From: Treponema brennaborense
GTDB lineage: Bacteria; Spirochaetota; Spirochaetia; Treponematales; Treponemataceae
Length of the DNA stretch: 64,000 nt
Assembly: GCA_023666275.1 (NCBI GenBank)
Contig: JAMPCJ010000006.1
Location: forward strand, 17,976-81,975
Direction of reading: 5' to 3'
Shown: one piece after another, positions 1-9,099 of the stretch
Position numbering within the stretch: position 1 is the stretch's first letter
How the letters are laid out: every line of letters starts with the position of its first letter
Position numbers and translations under genes: made by a program
Notes under the pieces: model-generated
Databases searched by the model: none
What the model saw: only the letters and a program-made list of their open reading frames with translations
Told to the model about the DNA's origin: nothing

Positions 1-86
1 TTAAAACAATACTTTCTTCTTTTTCCGACGAAGAATATCAAAAATGGAGCGATGCTGCTTTATATAATTTTGACGTTCAATTAGGT

Positions 87-410
87 GTGGCACAATATGC
101 TGCAAATAAATTAAAAGCAAAAAAGTGGTACGATGCGCATCCGCTTGCTGACAAAGAAATTGCACTTCAATTTATGTTCACATCGATAAAAGAAAGCAAA
201 AAAGAAGGTTTCGCTTATGAACTTTCCGGTTTATGCGGAGGAGTTGACGATATAGTTTTTGTAACAGTTTACAGCAACAAAGATGAATATATTGATACAA
301 AGGATAACCAAGAATTAAAAGTGAAAGGAATTATACAAAAGGCAGAATTCAGTAATTCGGATTTTGATAAAGATTATAGAATAAAACATATCTATGTAGA
401 AGAAAATTAA
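87..410 (+). CDS. hypothetical small protein (107 aa)
   Basis: ORF is followed directly by a rho-independent terminator. No recognisable family. Confidence 0.35.
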   Translation: MAQYAANKLKAKKWYDAHPLADKEIALQFMFTSIKESKKEGFAYELSGLCGGVDDIVFVTVYSNKDEYIDTKDNQELKVKGIIQKAEFSNSDFDKDYRIKHIYVEEN

Positions 411-415
411 CCTGT

Positions 416-447
416 AAAAAAACCGCTCGAAAGGGCGGTTTTTTTAA
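416..447 (+). terminator. rho-independent terminator
   Basis: GC stem ccgctc-gaaa-gggcgg followed by T7, immediately after the 87..410 ORF. Confidence 0.7.
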
Positions 448-685
448 CTATAAATACAAAAATAGTTAAAAATTATTTGAATAATTGCAAGGAATGGGCG
501 GCACAATGAAAATGCTCGGAATGCCGATTTTGCAGGGCGCGAAAGATTTTTCCCGATTTGCGGCGGCAATGAAAGAATGCGAAGCGGATTTGCAAGTGCG
601 TGTGAGCCGGCGAATCTGCGCTGCGCGCTAACTCTTGAAACAGTCATAACGAAATTATTCTGCAACAGAGAAATCCGAAAATTTC

Positions 686-715
686 TTGACAGCATATTTG
701 TCCTCATGCTATACT
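686..715 (+). promoter_or_regulatory. sigma70-like promoter (TTGACA-N17/18-TATACT) for the 873..2668 operon
   Basis: Near-consensus -35 and -10 hexamers about 150 nt upstream of the ATG at 873. An AGGAG RBS precedes that ATG. Confidence 0.5.
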
Positions 716-872
716 TTAAAAGAGTTCCATGGCAGAGCTTGCGGTCAGTGTGAAGATTTTTATCATGCCATATCATTATTTTACTGTTTTACCGATGAGC
801 ATCAGCTTATTGTTGCTACGGTACTGACATTTTAGCAGACACAATAAAACGTATGCTCAAGGAGAAAATAGT

Positions 873-1793
873 ATGTCTCATCTTGATTTCTTCAGGAAGC
901 AAGCAAAAAATTTCCTTAAAGACTGGCAGACTCAGACAAAAACCGTGGGAAGCGATGGGAGCATTTCGTACAGTTACGATTGGAAATTTTACGATGTGGG
1001 CGATCTGTTCTTTTATTATGAATTTGATGATGCGGACGAGCAGGACATTATGCTTGCGCGGGCGCAGCATGTAATTGCGAAAATGGCAGGATTCAAAAAA
1101 TGGGACGACTTAATTCACGCCACAGATACAGAACAGACTCTTGCGGAATTGCTTCTCCGCAGGTTCAAGGATGCCGGTGACATTCATGACTGGGAAGAAA
1201 AACTGATGTTTTCGGGCGCGGCGCAGTACGGAGCGGAAGCGGTGCTCGACTATGCCCGGCAGTATTACGAACTTGGCGATGCAAAAAAAATCGTCAATTT
1301 TTCAGCGGATAAAATCGTCATATTACAAGGGAAGCCGAGGAGCGCTGCGCTTCGTCAGTTTGACAGTGAACACAATCTTTCAGGAAGCCTGCGGACGGAT
1401 TCCGTGGTATTCTGCACGCATTGCAAAAAATCATTTGATTTCAAAAAATCAAAAGTCATACAGGACAACAACAGGCACCTCACTATGGTTGTCTGCAAAA
1501 ATTATCCGTCCTGCCGAGGCACGTATCTCGATTACAAAGTCCTGACACCGACAATATTATACGGTGCGGCACGAATAGCGGAATTGGAACGAGGCATAGA
1601 AGTATTCCCGGACCTGGCGATGAACAAAAAAGTGCATTGCATCCACTGCGGCAGAGAATATTTGTATCAAGAGGCGAATACCGTGATTTTTCCCGACGAC
1701 GCCGAGCCGTACATACTGTGCAAGCATTACCCCGAATGCGACGGCAGCTTGATTGACATGATGCCGGCTGAAAAAGCAGGAGAGGAGAAATGA
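873..1793 (+). CDS. protein with an unknown N-terminal domain and two topoisomerase-type C4 zinc ribbons
   Basis: Two C-x2-C...C-(K/K)(N/H)YP-(S/E)-C motifs typical of zf-C4_Topoisom. Its stop overlaps the start of the next gene (ATGA). Confidence 0.6.
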   Translation: MSHLDFFRKQAKNFLKDWQTQTKTVGSDGSISYSYDWKFYDVGDLFFYYEFDDADEQDIMLARAQHVIAKMAGFKKWDDLIHATDTEQTLAELLLRRFKDAGDIHDWEEKLMFSGAAQYGAEAVLDYARQYYELGDAKKIVNFSADKIVILQGKPRSAALRQFDSEHNLSGSLRTDSVVFCTHCKKSFDFKKSKVIQDNNRHLTMVVCKNYPSCRGTYLDYKVLTPTILYGAARIAELERGIEVFPDLAMNKKVHCIHCGREYLYQEANTVIFPDDAEPYILCKHYPECDGSLIDMMPAEKAGEEK

Positions 1794-2668
1794 CGGCAAA
1801 ACATTATATTCTTCAGGCAGTCAATCACGTGGGCGCGTCTGTCTATATTGACGACGTACCAAACGGCAAAAAATGCGGATGCTTTTGTGCTGAATGCCGC
1901 GGTGCGCTCATTGCAAAGCAGGGTAGTGTAAGAGCGCATCACTTTGCGCATATAAGCGGGAATGACAGCATAAAATGTAGCCAGACGGCTCTGCATCTTT
2001 TGGCAAAAAAAATCATCGCGGAAGAAAAACGAATTCCCGCATTTGTGGATGACAGCATATCATTTGTCGCCGTTGATTCTGTTGAGCAGGAAAAAAATCT
2101 GGGCGACATAAAGCCCGATTTGTACGCTGAATACAACGGACAACCGACTGCCGTTGAAATTTTTGTATCCCATGCAGTTGACGATGAAAAGTTTGCCAAG
2201 ATTCAAAATCATCAGCTGACGACATTTGAAATCAATTTGTCGGAACTGATTTTCGAAACAAAAGAAGAGGTGAAACAGGCAATATATGACATCAAAAATA
2301 TCCGTCCGATATATGATGAAAGAATAGTTAATGCATATTTAGTTCAGAAAAAACGGATTCTTGTAGAGCAAGGAATTCTGAAACCAATAAACAATGATAT
2401 TGTTCAGCAATGTCATATGTGCGGAACGATAATAAACGGTCGGTTTGCAAAATGGCATAATGTGCGGGAATCCTTCTGTAAAAATTGCTTTTTCGGCTGT
2501 TATTCGGAAGACAGGAAAGGCGTTTATTGTATAGGTCATACGAATGGACAAATCCCGATATGGTTTCTACAAGCGAATATAAATGAAAATCGTTTCATGT
2601 CGCTTGCAGAAACGCAAGAAAAGTTAAATTCTTTTAAGAGAGAAATCAATAGATTTGTGGTACGATAA
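1790..2668 (+). CDS. CoiA-like (competence protein CoiA family) predicted nuclease
   Basis: N-terminal C-x2-C...HFAH motif of the CoiA family. A KPD...EIF...K segment is compatible with a PD-(D/E)xK core. There is an extra C-terminal CxxC...CxxC. It is translationally coupled to the upstream gene. Confidence 0.55.
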   Translation: MTAKHYILQAVNHVGASVYIDDVPNGKKCGCFCAECRGALIAKQGSVRAHHFAHISGNDSIKCSQTALHLLAKKIIAEEKRIPAFVDDSISFVAVDSVEQEKNLGDIKPDLYAEYNGQPTAVEIFVSHAVDDEKFAKIQNHQLTTFEINLSELIFETKEEVKQAIYDIKNIRPIYDERIVNAYLVQKKRILVEQGILKPINNDIVQQCHMCGTIINGRFAKWHNVRESFCKNCFFGCYSEDRKGVYCIGHTNGQIPIWFLQANINENRFMSLAETQEKLNSFKREINRFVVR

Positions 2669-2687
2669 TCATAAAGGACTTCCGTAT

Positions 2688-4319
2688 ATGAAGAAAATAT
2701 TTTTTGCAGGCTTCGTGCTGTTTTTAACACACTTGTGTTTTGCGATTCCCAATATGAAATTGTATGAGAATGCAGAATTTTTGTATCAAATCTCAGACAA
2801 CTTTATATATGACGAAAACGGTGATCTTGTTTTTGAAATACGGGGCAATGAATTGTATTGCGAGAATGAGTATGCCGGAACTATCATTGAAGATGATGAT
2901 ATCCTGTCGATGGATTTTTATTTTGAGAGTGAGGAGAACAGAGCGTATCTCGAATCCAGCAAGAAAACGGGCTTTCTTCTCATACTGCGTTTGACTGAAG
3001 AAGAAAAATGTTTTGTTTCGGAATATGACGAAAAGACAGGACTTAAAAAGAAAAGATCATGTTATGCCGACGGGCAGCTTGATTCTTATGGTTTGTATGA
3101 ATATGAAAACGGCAAAATAGCAAAAATCTCGTATTATCATGCCGATGATTCTTCCGACGGATACTACCGTTTTGTATACGACAAAAGGACGGGCTGCAAA
3201 ATCAGTGAATCGGAATTCGACGCGGATAATCACCTTGTTCAGACAATTGAATATGATTTCGCAACCGAAAAACGGACGCGGAAACTGAATTATAATGACG
3301 ACGGTTCTGTAAAAGCAAAAACAGTATATGACAAGACTTCGGGAAATGCCGCAGAGCGATTTGTCTATGGAGCAAATGCAAAAAAGCCGACGAAGTGGAC
3401 GTTCATTCCGTTTGATGATGACAGAAACTATGCATTAAACAAAGACTTTTACTTAAATGCGGATTTCTGCCGTTACGGCGAACTTAAGCGGTATTCTGAA
3501 GATTCAAAAACAGAACCGATAGAATGGAACGACCTTTATTCTGCGGTTGTGCGGAAATATGATTTCAACGAACGAGTTGCCGGATACAGCTATATTGAAA
3601 ACTTGATACGAGCACGGTATCTTACCGAATATCCGTTTACGCTGTGCAGCAGCAATTCGAATCTTTATTACTGCTTTGCCGCGACTGATGACGATAAAAT
3701 CGATCTGTCTTCTTGCTATGAAATCAAGCTGATAGAAAAGCCGAGAAATTATACTGCGATGAACAAATCCGGAAGAGGAAGCGGTCCGTTCGGATTTGAC
3801 ATTGGCATGTCGTATGGCGAAATTAAAGAGGTGTGCGGCGGCAGTGAGCCGGAACACATTGCTGACGACCGCTATTATGTAAAGCCGAAAAAAGCGCATC
3901 CGCTGTTTGAAAAATACATCGTCTGGATAAGCGATTCCGTCGGGCTTTATTATGTAAAGGGTATTTCACGCGATATATCGGCATCCGACTACGGAACGGA
4001 AGCAAAACGGCAGTTCAGCAATCTGCTTGCCGTTCTTGAAAAAAAATACGGCAGATTCAGCCTGACTGATACTATAGCGCCTGATTATTATTGGAAAGAC
4101 GAAAAACATTGGATGCAGGCGTTGAAAGACGGAGCTCGAACATATAGGGCGAAGTGGAGCGTAACAAAAGAAAACTACGAAAACTTTAACGGGCTTTGCG
4201 AAATCATGTTCGGTATTAACAGCGCAAACAAGTATTCGGCTTCTGAGGCATATATCTGGATTGAGTATGAATTTTTGAATTACGGCGACGCAAAGGAAGC
4301 GTTAAATGATGTGCTGTAA
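2688..4319 (+). CDS. secreted or lipoprotein-like hypothetical protein (543 aa)
   Basis: N-terminal signal peptide MKKIFFAGFVLFLTHLCFA. Tyr/Asp-rich with no recognisable domain. Confidence 0.5.
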   Translation: MKKIFFAGFVLFLTHLCFAIPNMKLYENAEFLYQISDNFIYDENGDLVFEIRGNELYCENEYAGTIIEDDDILSMDFYFESEENRAYLESSKKTGFLLILRLTEEEKCFVSEYDEKTGLKKKRSCYADGQLDSYGLYEYENGKIAKISYYHADDSSDGYYRFVYDKRTGCKISESEFDADNHLVQTIEYDFATEKRTRKLNYNDDGSVKAKTVYDKTSGNAAERFVYGANAKKPTKWTFIPFDDDRNYALNKDFYLNADFCRYGELKRYSEDSKTEPIEWNDLYSAVVRKYDFNERVAGYSYIENLIRARYLTEYPFTLCSSNSNLYYCFAATDDDKIDLSSCYEIKLIEKPRNYTAMNKSGRGSGPFGFDIGMSYGEIKEVCGGSEPEHIADDRYYVKPKKAHPLFEKYIVWISDSVGLYYVKGISRDISASDYGTEAKRQFSNLLAVLEKKYGRFSLTDTIAPDYYWKDEKHWMQALKDGARTYRAKWSVTKENYENFNGLCEIMFGINSANKYSASEAYIWIEYEFLNYGDAKEALNDVL

Positions 4320-4349
4320 TGCAGGCACTGCATGACGAAAGCGATGCGA

Positions 4350-4388
4350 AAAAAAAAGTGCCGAAAATTCAATTCCTAATTTCGGCAT
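4350..4388 (-). terminator. rho-independent terminator at the distal end of the minus-strand cassette array
   Basis: Hairpin tgccgaaaatt..aatttcggca followed on the minus strand by a T9 run. It lies 3' of the GNAT gene that ends at 4469. Confidence 0.6.
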
Positions 4389-4455
4389 AAATATATGTAA
4401 TGTATTAAAATCGTTTGCGGAGAACCAGCAAGTTAAAGCTGCGCGGTGTGCCGGC

Positions 4456-4474
4456 AATGAATTATAATTTATCG
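4456..4474. repeat. cassette-boundary motif copy (gaattataatttatcg) overlapping the GNAT stop
   Basis: Matches the consensus RAATTRYAATTTA. The stop codon TAA is embedded in it. Confidence 0.5.
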
Positions 4475-4972
4475 CAGCAGCGCATACAGTTTCATGTCTG
4501 CAATTTTGCCGTTCTTTATCGCATTGTTTTTGAGCAAACCTTCAAGTTGAAAACCGGCTTTTTCCAGTACACGGCAGGACGCGATATTCGCTGCAAACGG
4601 TTCCGCATAGATTCGAATAATATCGCTGTCTGCAAAAATATACTCGCAGGTTTGTCTGACAATTTCGGTCATAATTCCTTTCCCCCAATATTCCTCTGCA
4701 ATGTAATAGCCGATTTCTGCGGTCAGCCGGTGAATATTTTCCTGACGGGAAACGCTGATGCTGCCGATTGCTTTGTTGTCTGCCGTAACGGCAAATGCAA
4801 ATATTTGGTTTTGATCGGCTGAAAGCATGGCAGTAATGTAATTCGCAGCGTCCTCTTCGGTATAGGGGAAAGGCAAACCGTCCCGAAGATTATTCTGCAC
4901 GTTTATATTCGAAAGTGCAGCCGCCAAATCTTTGGCGTCGGATAATTCCCATTTTCTTATTTTGCAAGTCAT
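4469..4972 (-). CDS. GNAT family N-acetyltransferase (RimJ/RimL-like)
   Basis: Acetyl-CoA binding motif region (Q/R-x-x-G-x-G/A: EYWGKGIMTE), 167 aa. The boundary motif overlaps its stop codon. Confidence 0.75.
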   Translation of the reverse strand: MTCKIRKWELSDAKDLAAALSNINVQNNLRDGLPFPYTEEDAANYITAMLSADQNQIFAFAVTADNKAIGSISVSRQENIHRLTAEIGYYIAEEYWGKGIMTEIVRQTCEYIFADSDIIRIYAEPFAANIASCRVLEKAGFQLEGLLKNNAIKNGKIADMKLYALLR

Positions 4973-4978
4973 AATATT

Positions 4979-4998
4979 CCGCTGAATTATAATTTATA
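4979..4998. repeat. cassette-boundary motif copy
   Basis: ccgctgaattataatttata between the genes 4469..4972 and 5004..5417. Confidence 0.55.
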
Positions 4999-5003
4999 GT
5001 TCT

Positions 5004-5417
5004 TTATAATTCAATCCAAGCCGTTTTTAAGTCCTTGTAAACTCTGCATTTTTGTGCCGTAAATTTTAACACGCAATAATCGGGGTCGGTTTTTCCTTTT
5101 TTATAAAACATAGTATCGCCCATGCGCCAAATCTCGTCTTTAATGCTTTGGTCTATCAATACCTGCATTGTTCCCACAAGCATAACGCCCGTATAACTGA
5201 ACCACCCGCGCTTATAAAAATAAATACACGCTTTTTCATTCGCGTTATATTGCGAAACCCTCATAGAAGAAGTGTTTGTGGAAAAATAAAAATCGTTGCC
5301 GTCGATTTTTCGCGGCGCAAGCATTGCCTTTGTGTTAGGAAAATCGTTTTCGTCAACCGACGAAATCATAGCCGTTTTCTGTTTTTTTATAAATTCAAAA
5401 ACCCGTTCTTTTGTCAT
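5004..5417 (-). CDS. pyridoxamine 5'-phosphate oxidase-like (general stress protein 26 family) FMN-binding protein
   Basis: PNPOx-like split-barrel pattern. The start is chosen at MTKERV, placing GAGG 7 nt upstream. The listed upstream extension is a translation of the boundary motif. Confidence 0.6.
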   Translation of the reverse strand: MTKERVFEFIKKQKTAMISSVDENDFPNTKAMLAPRKIDGNDFYFSTNTSSMRVSQYNANEKACIYFYKRGWFSYTGVMLVGTMQVLIDQSIKDEIWRMGDTMFYKKGKTDPDYCVLKFTAQKCRVYKDLKTAWIEL

Positions 5418-5425
5418 TAAATCAT

Positions 5426-5445
5426 CCTCGTTAAATTGTAATTTA
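5426..5445. repeat. cassette-boundary motif copy (core 20-mer cctcgttaaattgtaattta)
   Basis: Its last three bases are the complement of the TAA stop of 5443..5805. The GAGG RBS of the next gene lies inside it. Confidence 0.65.
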
Positions 5446-5805
5446 ATTACACAATTTTGTAATTGCTTCTTCCTTTGTCGAAACGAAGAAAATATCCCTG
5501 CCTTTATTGCTTTCATAAATGAAATCTTTTAGAGGTTTACTTGTATATTTTGTAAAGCCGCCATAAATTGCAATTCTTCCGCCGTAGTTAATAAATTTTT
5601 GCAAAATTGCTCCGGCAAGCCCCGTACTTAAAATGAAAAAATCTCCTATAATCAAGTTTTTGTCAATTATAATATTTTTTGTTCCGGCACTGTATTTTGC
5701 GTCCATTAGCAAATCCAAAGCGGATTGTTCGTCATAAATAACCTGTTTATCGCTATCTACAACCGCACAAACAACGCCGTTTTTATTTAAAATTTCAAAA
5801 TTCAT
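5443..5805 (-). CDS. DUF4180-family small protein
   Basis: 121-aa ORF with start at MNFEILN after a GAGG RBS. A frameshifted paralog lies at 9095..9459. Confidence 0.5.
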   Translation of the reverse strand: MNFEILNKNGVVCAVVDSDKQVIYDEQSALDLLMDAKYSAGTKNIIIDKNLIIGDFFILSTGLAGAILQKFINYGGRIAIYGGFTKYTSKPLKDFIYESNKGRDIFFVSTKEEAITKLCN

Positions 5806-5810
5806 AATTA

Positions 5811-5830
5811 CCTCGTTAAATTGTAATTTA
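5811..5830. repeat. cassette-boundary motif copy (identical 20-mer)
   Basis: cctcgttaaattgtaattta, identical to the copy at 5426..5445. Confidence 0.65.
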
Positions 5831-6469
5831 CTTTCCAAATTTCGATATAAAACGCTCTATATTTTTGTCTTGCAATAGTTCAAAATTTTCTTCTATCGTT
5901 TCGATAGGCATATCCCACCATTTCAGATTAAGCAACCGTTCAACTGTTTTATCGTTAAAACGCTTTTTTATAACTCTTGCGGGATTGCCTACGGCAATAG
6001 AATACGGCGGAATATCTTTTGCAACAACGGCGTTTGCACCGATGATGCAGCCGTCGCCCACTTTAACACCCGGCAAAAAAGTTACGTTTTGTCCTATCCA
6101 AACGTCGCTGCCTATAATCGTATCACCCTTGTACGGAATAATATCGTTGGGAATAGTCGGTCTGTCTTTTATAAAAATGCCGAACGGAAACGCCGAAATT
6201 CCGTCCATAGGATGATTTGCACCGTTCATAATAAATTCGACGCCCTTTGCGATGCTGCAAAACTTTCCGATAATAAGCCTGTCGCCCAAATGCGGATAGA
6301 AATGGGTAACGCGGCTTTCAAAATCTTCGCCGCCCGAATAAGCGTCGTCATAATAGGTATAATCGCCGACGATAATATTCGGATTTGTTATCACGTTTTT
6401 AATGTAGCATAGAGAAGGAATTTTTGGCTGCGGATGGATTGCGTCTTTATTCTTGAATAATAATTCCAT
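5828..6469 (-). CDS. xenobiotic acetyltransferase (Vat/CatB-like hexapeptide-repeat; streptogramin A acetyltransferase-like)
   Basis: Left-handed beta-helix hexapeptide repeats and the XAT-family pattern (HPMDGISAFPF...IGSDVWIGQNVTFLPGVKVGDGCIIGANAVV). Confidence 0.75.
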   Translation of the reverse strand: MELLFKNKDAIHPQPKIPSLCYIKNVITNPNIIVGDYTYYDDAYSGGEDFESRVTHFYPHLGDRLIIGKFCSIAKGVEFIMNGANHPMDGISAFPFGIFIKDRPTIPNDIIPYKGDTIIGSDVWIGQNVTFLPGVKVGDGCIIGANAVVAKDIPPYSIAVGNPARVIKKRFNDKTVERLLNLKWWDMPIETIEENFELLQDKNIERFISKFGK

Positions 6470-6477
6470 TTGTAATT

Positions 6478-6497
6478 CCTCGTTGAATTGCAATTTA
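6478..6497. repeat. cassette-boundary motif copy (cctcgttgaattgcaattta)
   Basis: 2 mismatches to the core. Contains the perfect palindrome AATTGCAATT. Confidence 0.6.
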
Positions 6498-7256
6498 TTT
6501 GTAGTTTTCGTATTTCGATTGTTCGAAAACTTTTTTTCCGATTACCGTAATTGCTTTTTGCGGACAGTGCGAAAAGCAGCGATAGCACATTGTGCATTTC
6601 CCGTTAAAATCAATACCGCTGTCTGTAAGGTTGATATTATTCATCGGACAAAGACTTGCGCATAAGCCGCAGTGTACGCATTCAGTGTTGTCAACTTTTG
6701 TTTTTGTATAATACGTTTTCGTTTTATTATAAAAATAAAGCCGCTGACCGAATAACCCCGCCAAATGATAAAAAAAGTTTAAGCCTTCTTTCGGATAACG
6801 ATTGTTTTTGATTTCGGCTATCGCTTTATCGATTTTCGCATCGGCATTTACTGCGATTTGTTTGTTGACTTGCAGCGGTCGTTTCAGTGCTTTTACGTCG
6901 CCGATACAATCGGGCATTTTAATATGCAAGCCGCCTAAAACTTTCGCGCCGTATTTTTTGAAAAGCCGTGCGGAAAGTCCCGCGCCGTCGCCGCTGAATA
7001 GTCCCATTGTGGCAGCGATAAAAATTTTTTTGCCGCAAAATACGTTTGCGTTATCGACAATAAAATCCCGCACGATTTTAGGCAAATTCGAGTATTGAAC
7101 GGGATAGCCGAAAATTATCGTTTCGCTGTTTTTGATAGCGTTTATCGTATCTTTATTTTCCAAAGCGTACACGGGCGCGTTTTCATGCAAGCCTTTTACA
7201 AGTCTTTCGACGCAATGTTTTGTATTGCCCGTGCCGCTGAAATATACGCCTGTCAT
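6495..7256 (-). CDS. flavodoxin-like protein with a C-terminal 4Fe-4S ferredoxin domain (EFR1-type)
   Basis: N-terminal YFSGTGNT flavodoxin signature. C-terminal CxxCxxCxxxCP ...CxxCxxCxxxCP. Confidence 0.7.
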   Translation of the reverse strand: MTGVYFSGTGNTKHCVERLVKGLHENAPVYALENKDTINAIKNSETIIFGYPVQYSNLPKIVRDFIVDNANVFCGKKIFIAATMGLFSGDGAGLSARLFKKYGAKVLGGLHIKMPDCIGDVKALKRPLQVNKQIAVNADAKIDKAIAEIKNNRYPKEGLNFFYHLAGLFGQRLYFYNKTKTYYTKTKVDNTECVHCGLCASLCPMNNINLTDSGIDFNGKCTMCYRCFSHCPQKAITVIGKKVFEQSKYENYK

Positions 7257-7267
7257 TTTTAAGTTCA

Positions 7268-7287
7268 CCCCGATAAATTGTAATTTA
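7268..7287. repeat. cassette-boundary motif copy (ccccgataaattgtaattta)
   Basis: Variant with GGGG in place of GAGG as the RBS. Confidence 0.55.
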
Positions 7288-7304
7288 TTGCAAATCAAAC
7301 ATAA

Positions 7305-7895
7305 TCAGACTTTCGGCATAGGTGCATTGTAGAAGCCGAGTTTATGAAAATCATACCAACCTTTTATTTGTTCTTCGCTTGCTGCCGATAATGCACGCAA
7401 TACTTCCTGCGCAAATTCAAGTGCCGCCGTTCCGTTTGCCGTGATAACATTATTGTCCGACACTGCTTGTCTGTGTATAAAGCCTTGTTCATTTGTATAA
7501 GACGGATATTGTTTTAATTCGTTCAAATCGTTAGCCGTATGTTTTGCGCCGTTCAAAACTCCGATAGAGCCTAAAAATCTGCAAGCATCGCAAATCGCAC
7601 CCAGCACTTTGCCGCTCTTAATACATGCGTCGATAAGCGGCTTAACTTGCATAGCATTCTCGTTATGCCACGACATACCGCCGATAAGTATTGCGGCATC
7701 GTAATCGGACGGCAGGGTAAGCAAGTCGTAATCGGGCAGGCATTTAACGCCGCCGATGGAAGTGACGGCGTTTTTTGTGAGCGATACGGTCTTATTTTCA
7801 AATTTGCTGCTGCCGAGCATATTAACAGCCGACGCTATATAAGCAAGTTCCCAATCTGCCCATTGTTCCAAGATAACATATAATATTTTTTTCAT
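7305..7895 (-). CDS. DJ-1/PfpI family protein
   Basis: Class I glutamine amidotransferase-like fold with the conserved Cys (AICDACRFLG). The start is chosen at MKKILYV because of AAGGAA spacing. Confidence 0.65.
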   Translation of the reverse strand: MKKILYVILEQWADWELAYIASAVNMLGSSKFENKTVSLTKNAVTSIGGVKCLPDYDLLTLPSDYDAAILIGGMSWHNENAMQVKPLIDACIKSGKVLGAICDACRFLGSIGVLNGAKHTANDLNELKQYPSYTNEQGFIHRQAVSDNNVITANGTAALEFAQEVLRALSAASEEQIKGWYDFHKLGFYNAPMPKV

Positions 7896-7914
7896 TGTTC
7901 TCATTTCCTTTGTT

Positions 7915-7934
7915 TCCGCTGAATTGTAATTAAG
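7915..7934. repeat. cassette-boundary motif copy (tccgctgaattgtaattaag)
   Basis: Variant shared with the 4979 copy (ccgctgaatt...). Confidence 0.5.
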
Positions 7935-7941
7935 GTTTGCC

Positions 7942-8574
7942 TTATACTTTCTTTATCGGATGGCGTATGACTGTCTTCAGTTTTTCTGCGGCGCATTTGC
8001 GCGGGTCGCTCAAATATATCTCGTGATGATAGCGGCTTTCGCTTATATCCAAATCATAGCCGTTCGCTTCCATATATTCGTGCATGAGTGCGACGGTTTT
8101 CGGTTCGTCATCGTAAGAGCCGACGTGCATGCATTGAACGCAGACGCCCTCGTCATACGTCAGATATTCCGCCTTCGAAAAGTCCGTCTTTTTCTTTTTC
8201 GTCGCTTCCTGCACTGCCCAGTCAAAATCGGCTTTCGTTACGAAATCCGGCAAACGGATAAGCGATATGAAGTTGAAGCCGTCCTTGTTCGCGTAGTCGA
8301 CACTAGCCGATCCGTCCTGCCGCCAAAATCCTTCGAGCGGCGGCACGACATATTCGAAATATCCGTCGATTTTGTGCGCGCCTTTATAGCTCATCTTTAT
8401 CGTAAAGGCAATGCCGTACAAAAGAGCGATTGAGTTTTTATATTCTCCGTTTTCGTCGTTCGGATTGCCCTTGCCGCGTACTGCTATGTAATTCATTTTC
8501 GGCACGGTTACAATCGACGGCATACTTTTCGGCATATAAAATTCTTTGTATTCTTTCTTGTAATCAAATGCCAT
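7942..8574 (-). CDS. GyrI-like small-molecule-binding domain protein
   Basis: About 210 aa with a GyrI-like/AraC effector-binding pattern. The start is chosen at MAFDYKK, which has an AAGGAA RBS. The listed start is a TTG. Confidence 0.5.
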   Translation of the reverse strand: MAFDYKKEYKEFYMPKSMPSIVTVPKMNYIAVRGKGNPNDENGEYKNSIALLYGIAFTIKMSYKGAHKIDGYFEYVVPPLEGFWRQDGSASVDYANKDGFNFISLIRLPDFVTKADFDWAVQEATKKKKTDFSKAEYLTYDEGVCVQCMHVGSYDDEPKTVALMHEYMEANGYDLDISESRYHHEIYLSDPRKCAAEKLKTVIRHPIKKV

Positions 8575-8617
8575 ACATATTCCTTTTTTATTTTTCAACA
8601 GCGTGGATTTTTAAGCA

Positions 8618-9070
8618 TTACTTCACGGCTATGTACAAATAACAATGCGCCTTGCCGTCTTTTGTGTATGCTGCGGGCACGGTGCTTTCGTAGTCAGTCG
8701 TAAACGCACGTTTGAGTTTGCCGCTTGCGGTAAGTTCCCAAACTTTCGACCAGGCTTTATTTGCGCAGTCCGCGATTGTTTCTCCGCTTTCGTCTATTTT
8801 GATGTATTCGCCGCGCGCGGCCGCGCTTTCCATTTTCGCAAAGAAGTCGGCAGTTACAGTCATTACCGACAAATTGTACTTGCCCTTTTCGTCGCTCTCG
8901 TAGTCACTGTAAGCCGAAATCGGCGACAGTCCTTTGACGGGTACGCCGTTTTCGATGAAGTCAAGCGGAACATTGCCTCGCATGATGTCCGCCCAAAGTT
9001 CATTGATTTTTGCCATTCCGCTTTCGGAATTGTCCGTGCGTATCGTAACGCTCTTGAATGAATATGACAT
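8618..9070 (-). CDS. hypothetical protein, possibly GyrI-like/effector-binding fold
   Basis: 150-aa ORF with start at MSYSFK after a GGAGAA RBS. The boundary motif is upstream. Confidence 0.4.
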   Translation of the reverse strand: MSYSFKSVTIRTDNSESGMAKINELWADIMRGNVPLDFIENGVPVKGLSPISAYSDYESDEKGKYNLSVMTVTADFFAKMESAAARGEYIKIDESGETIADCANKAWSKVWELTASGKLKRAFTTDYESTVPAAYTKDGKAHCYLYIAVK

Positions 9071-9079
9071 ATTATTTCT

Positions 9080-9099
9080 CCGATACATTATAATTTATT
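9080..9099. repeat. cassette-boundary motif copy (ccgatacattataatttatt)
   Basis: More diverged variant between 8618..9070 and the DUF4180 pseudogene. Confidence 0.45.

Noticed and set aside
506-631. 41-aa ORF (MKMLGMPILQGAKDFSRFAAAMKECEADLQVRVSRRICAAR) with an AGGA upstream
   Set aside because: Too short and without recognisable features. It lies in a 430-nt noncoding stretch that more likely holds the promoter/leader of the 873 operon (a degenerate gene remnant is possible).
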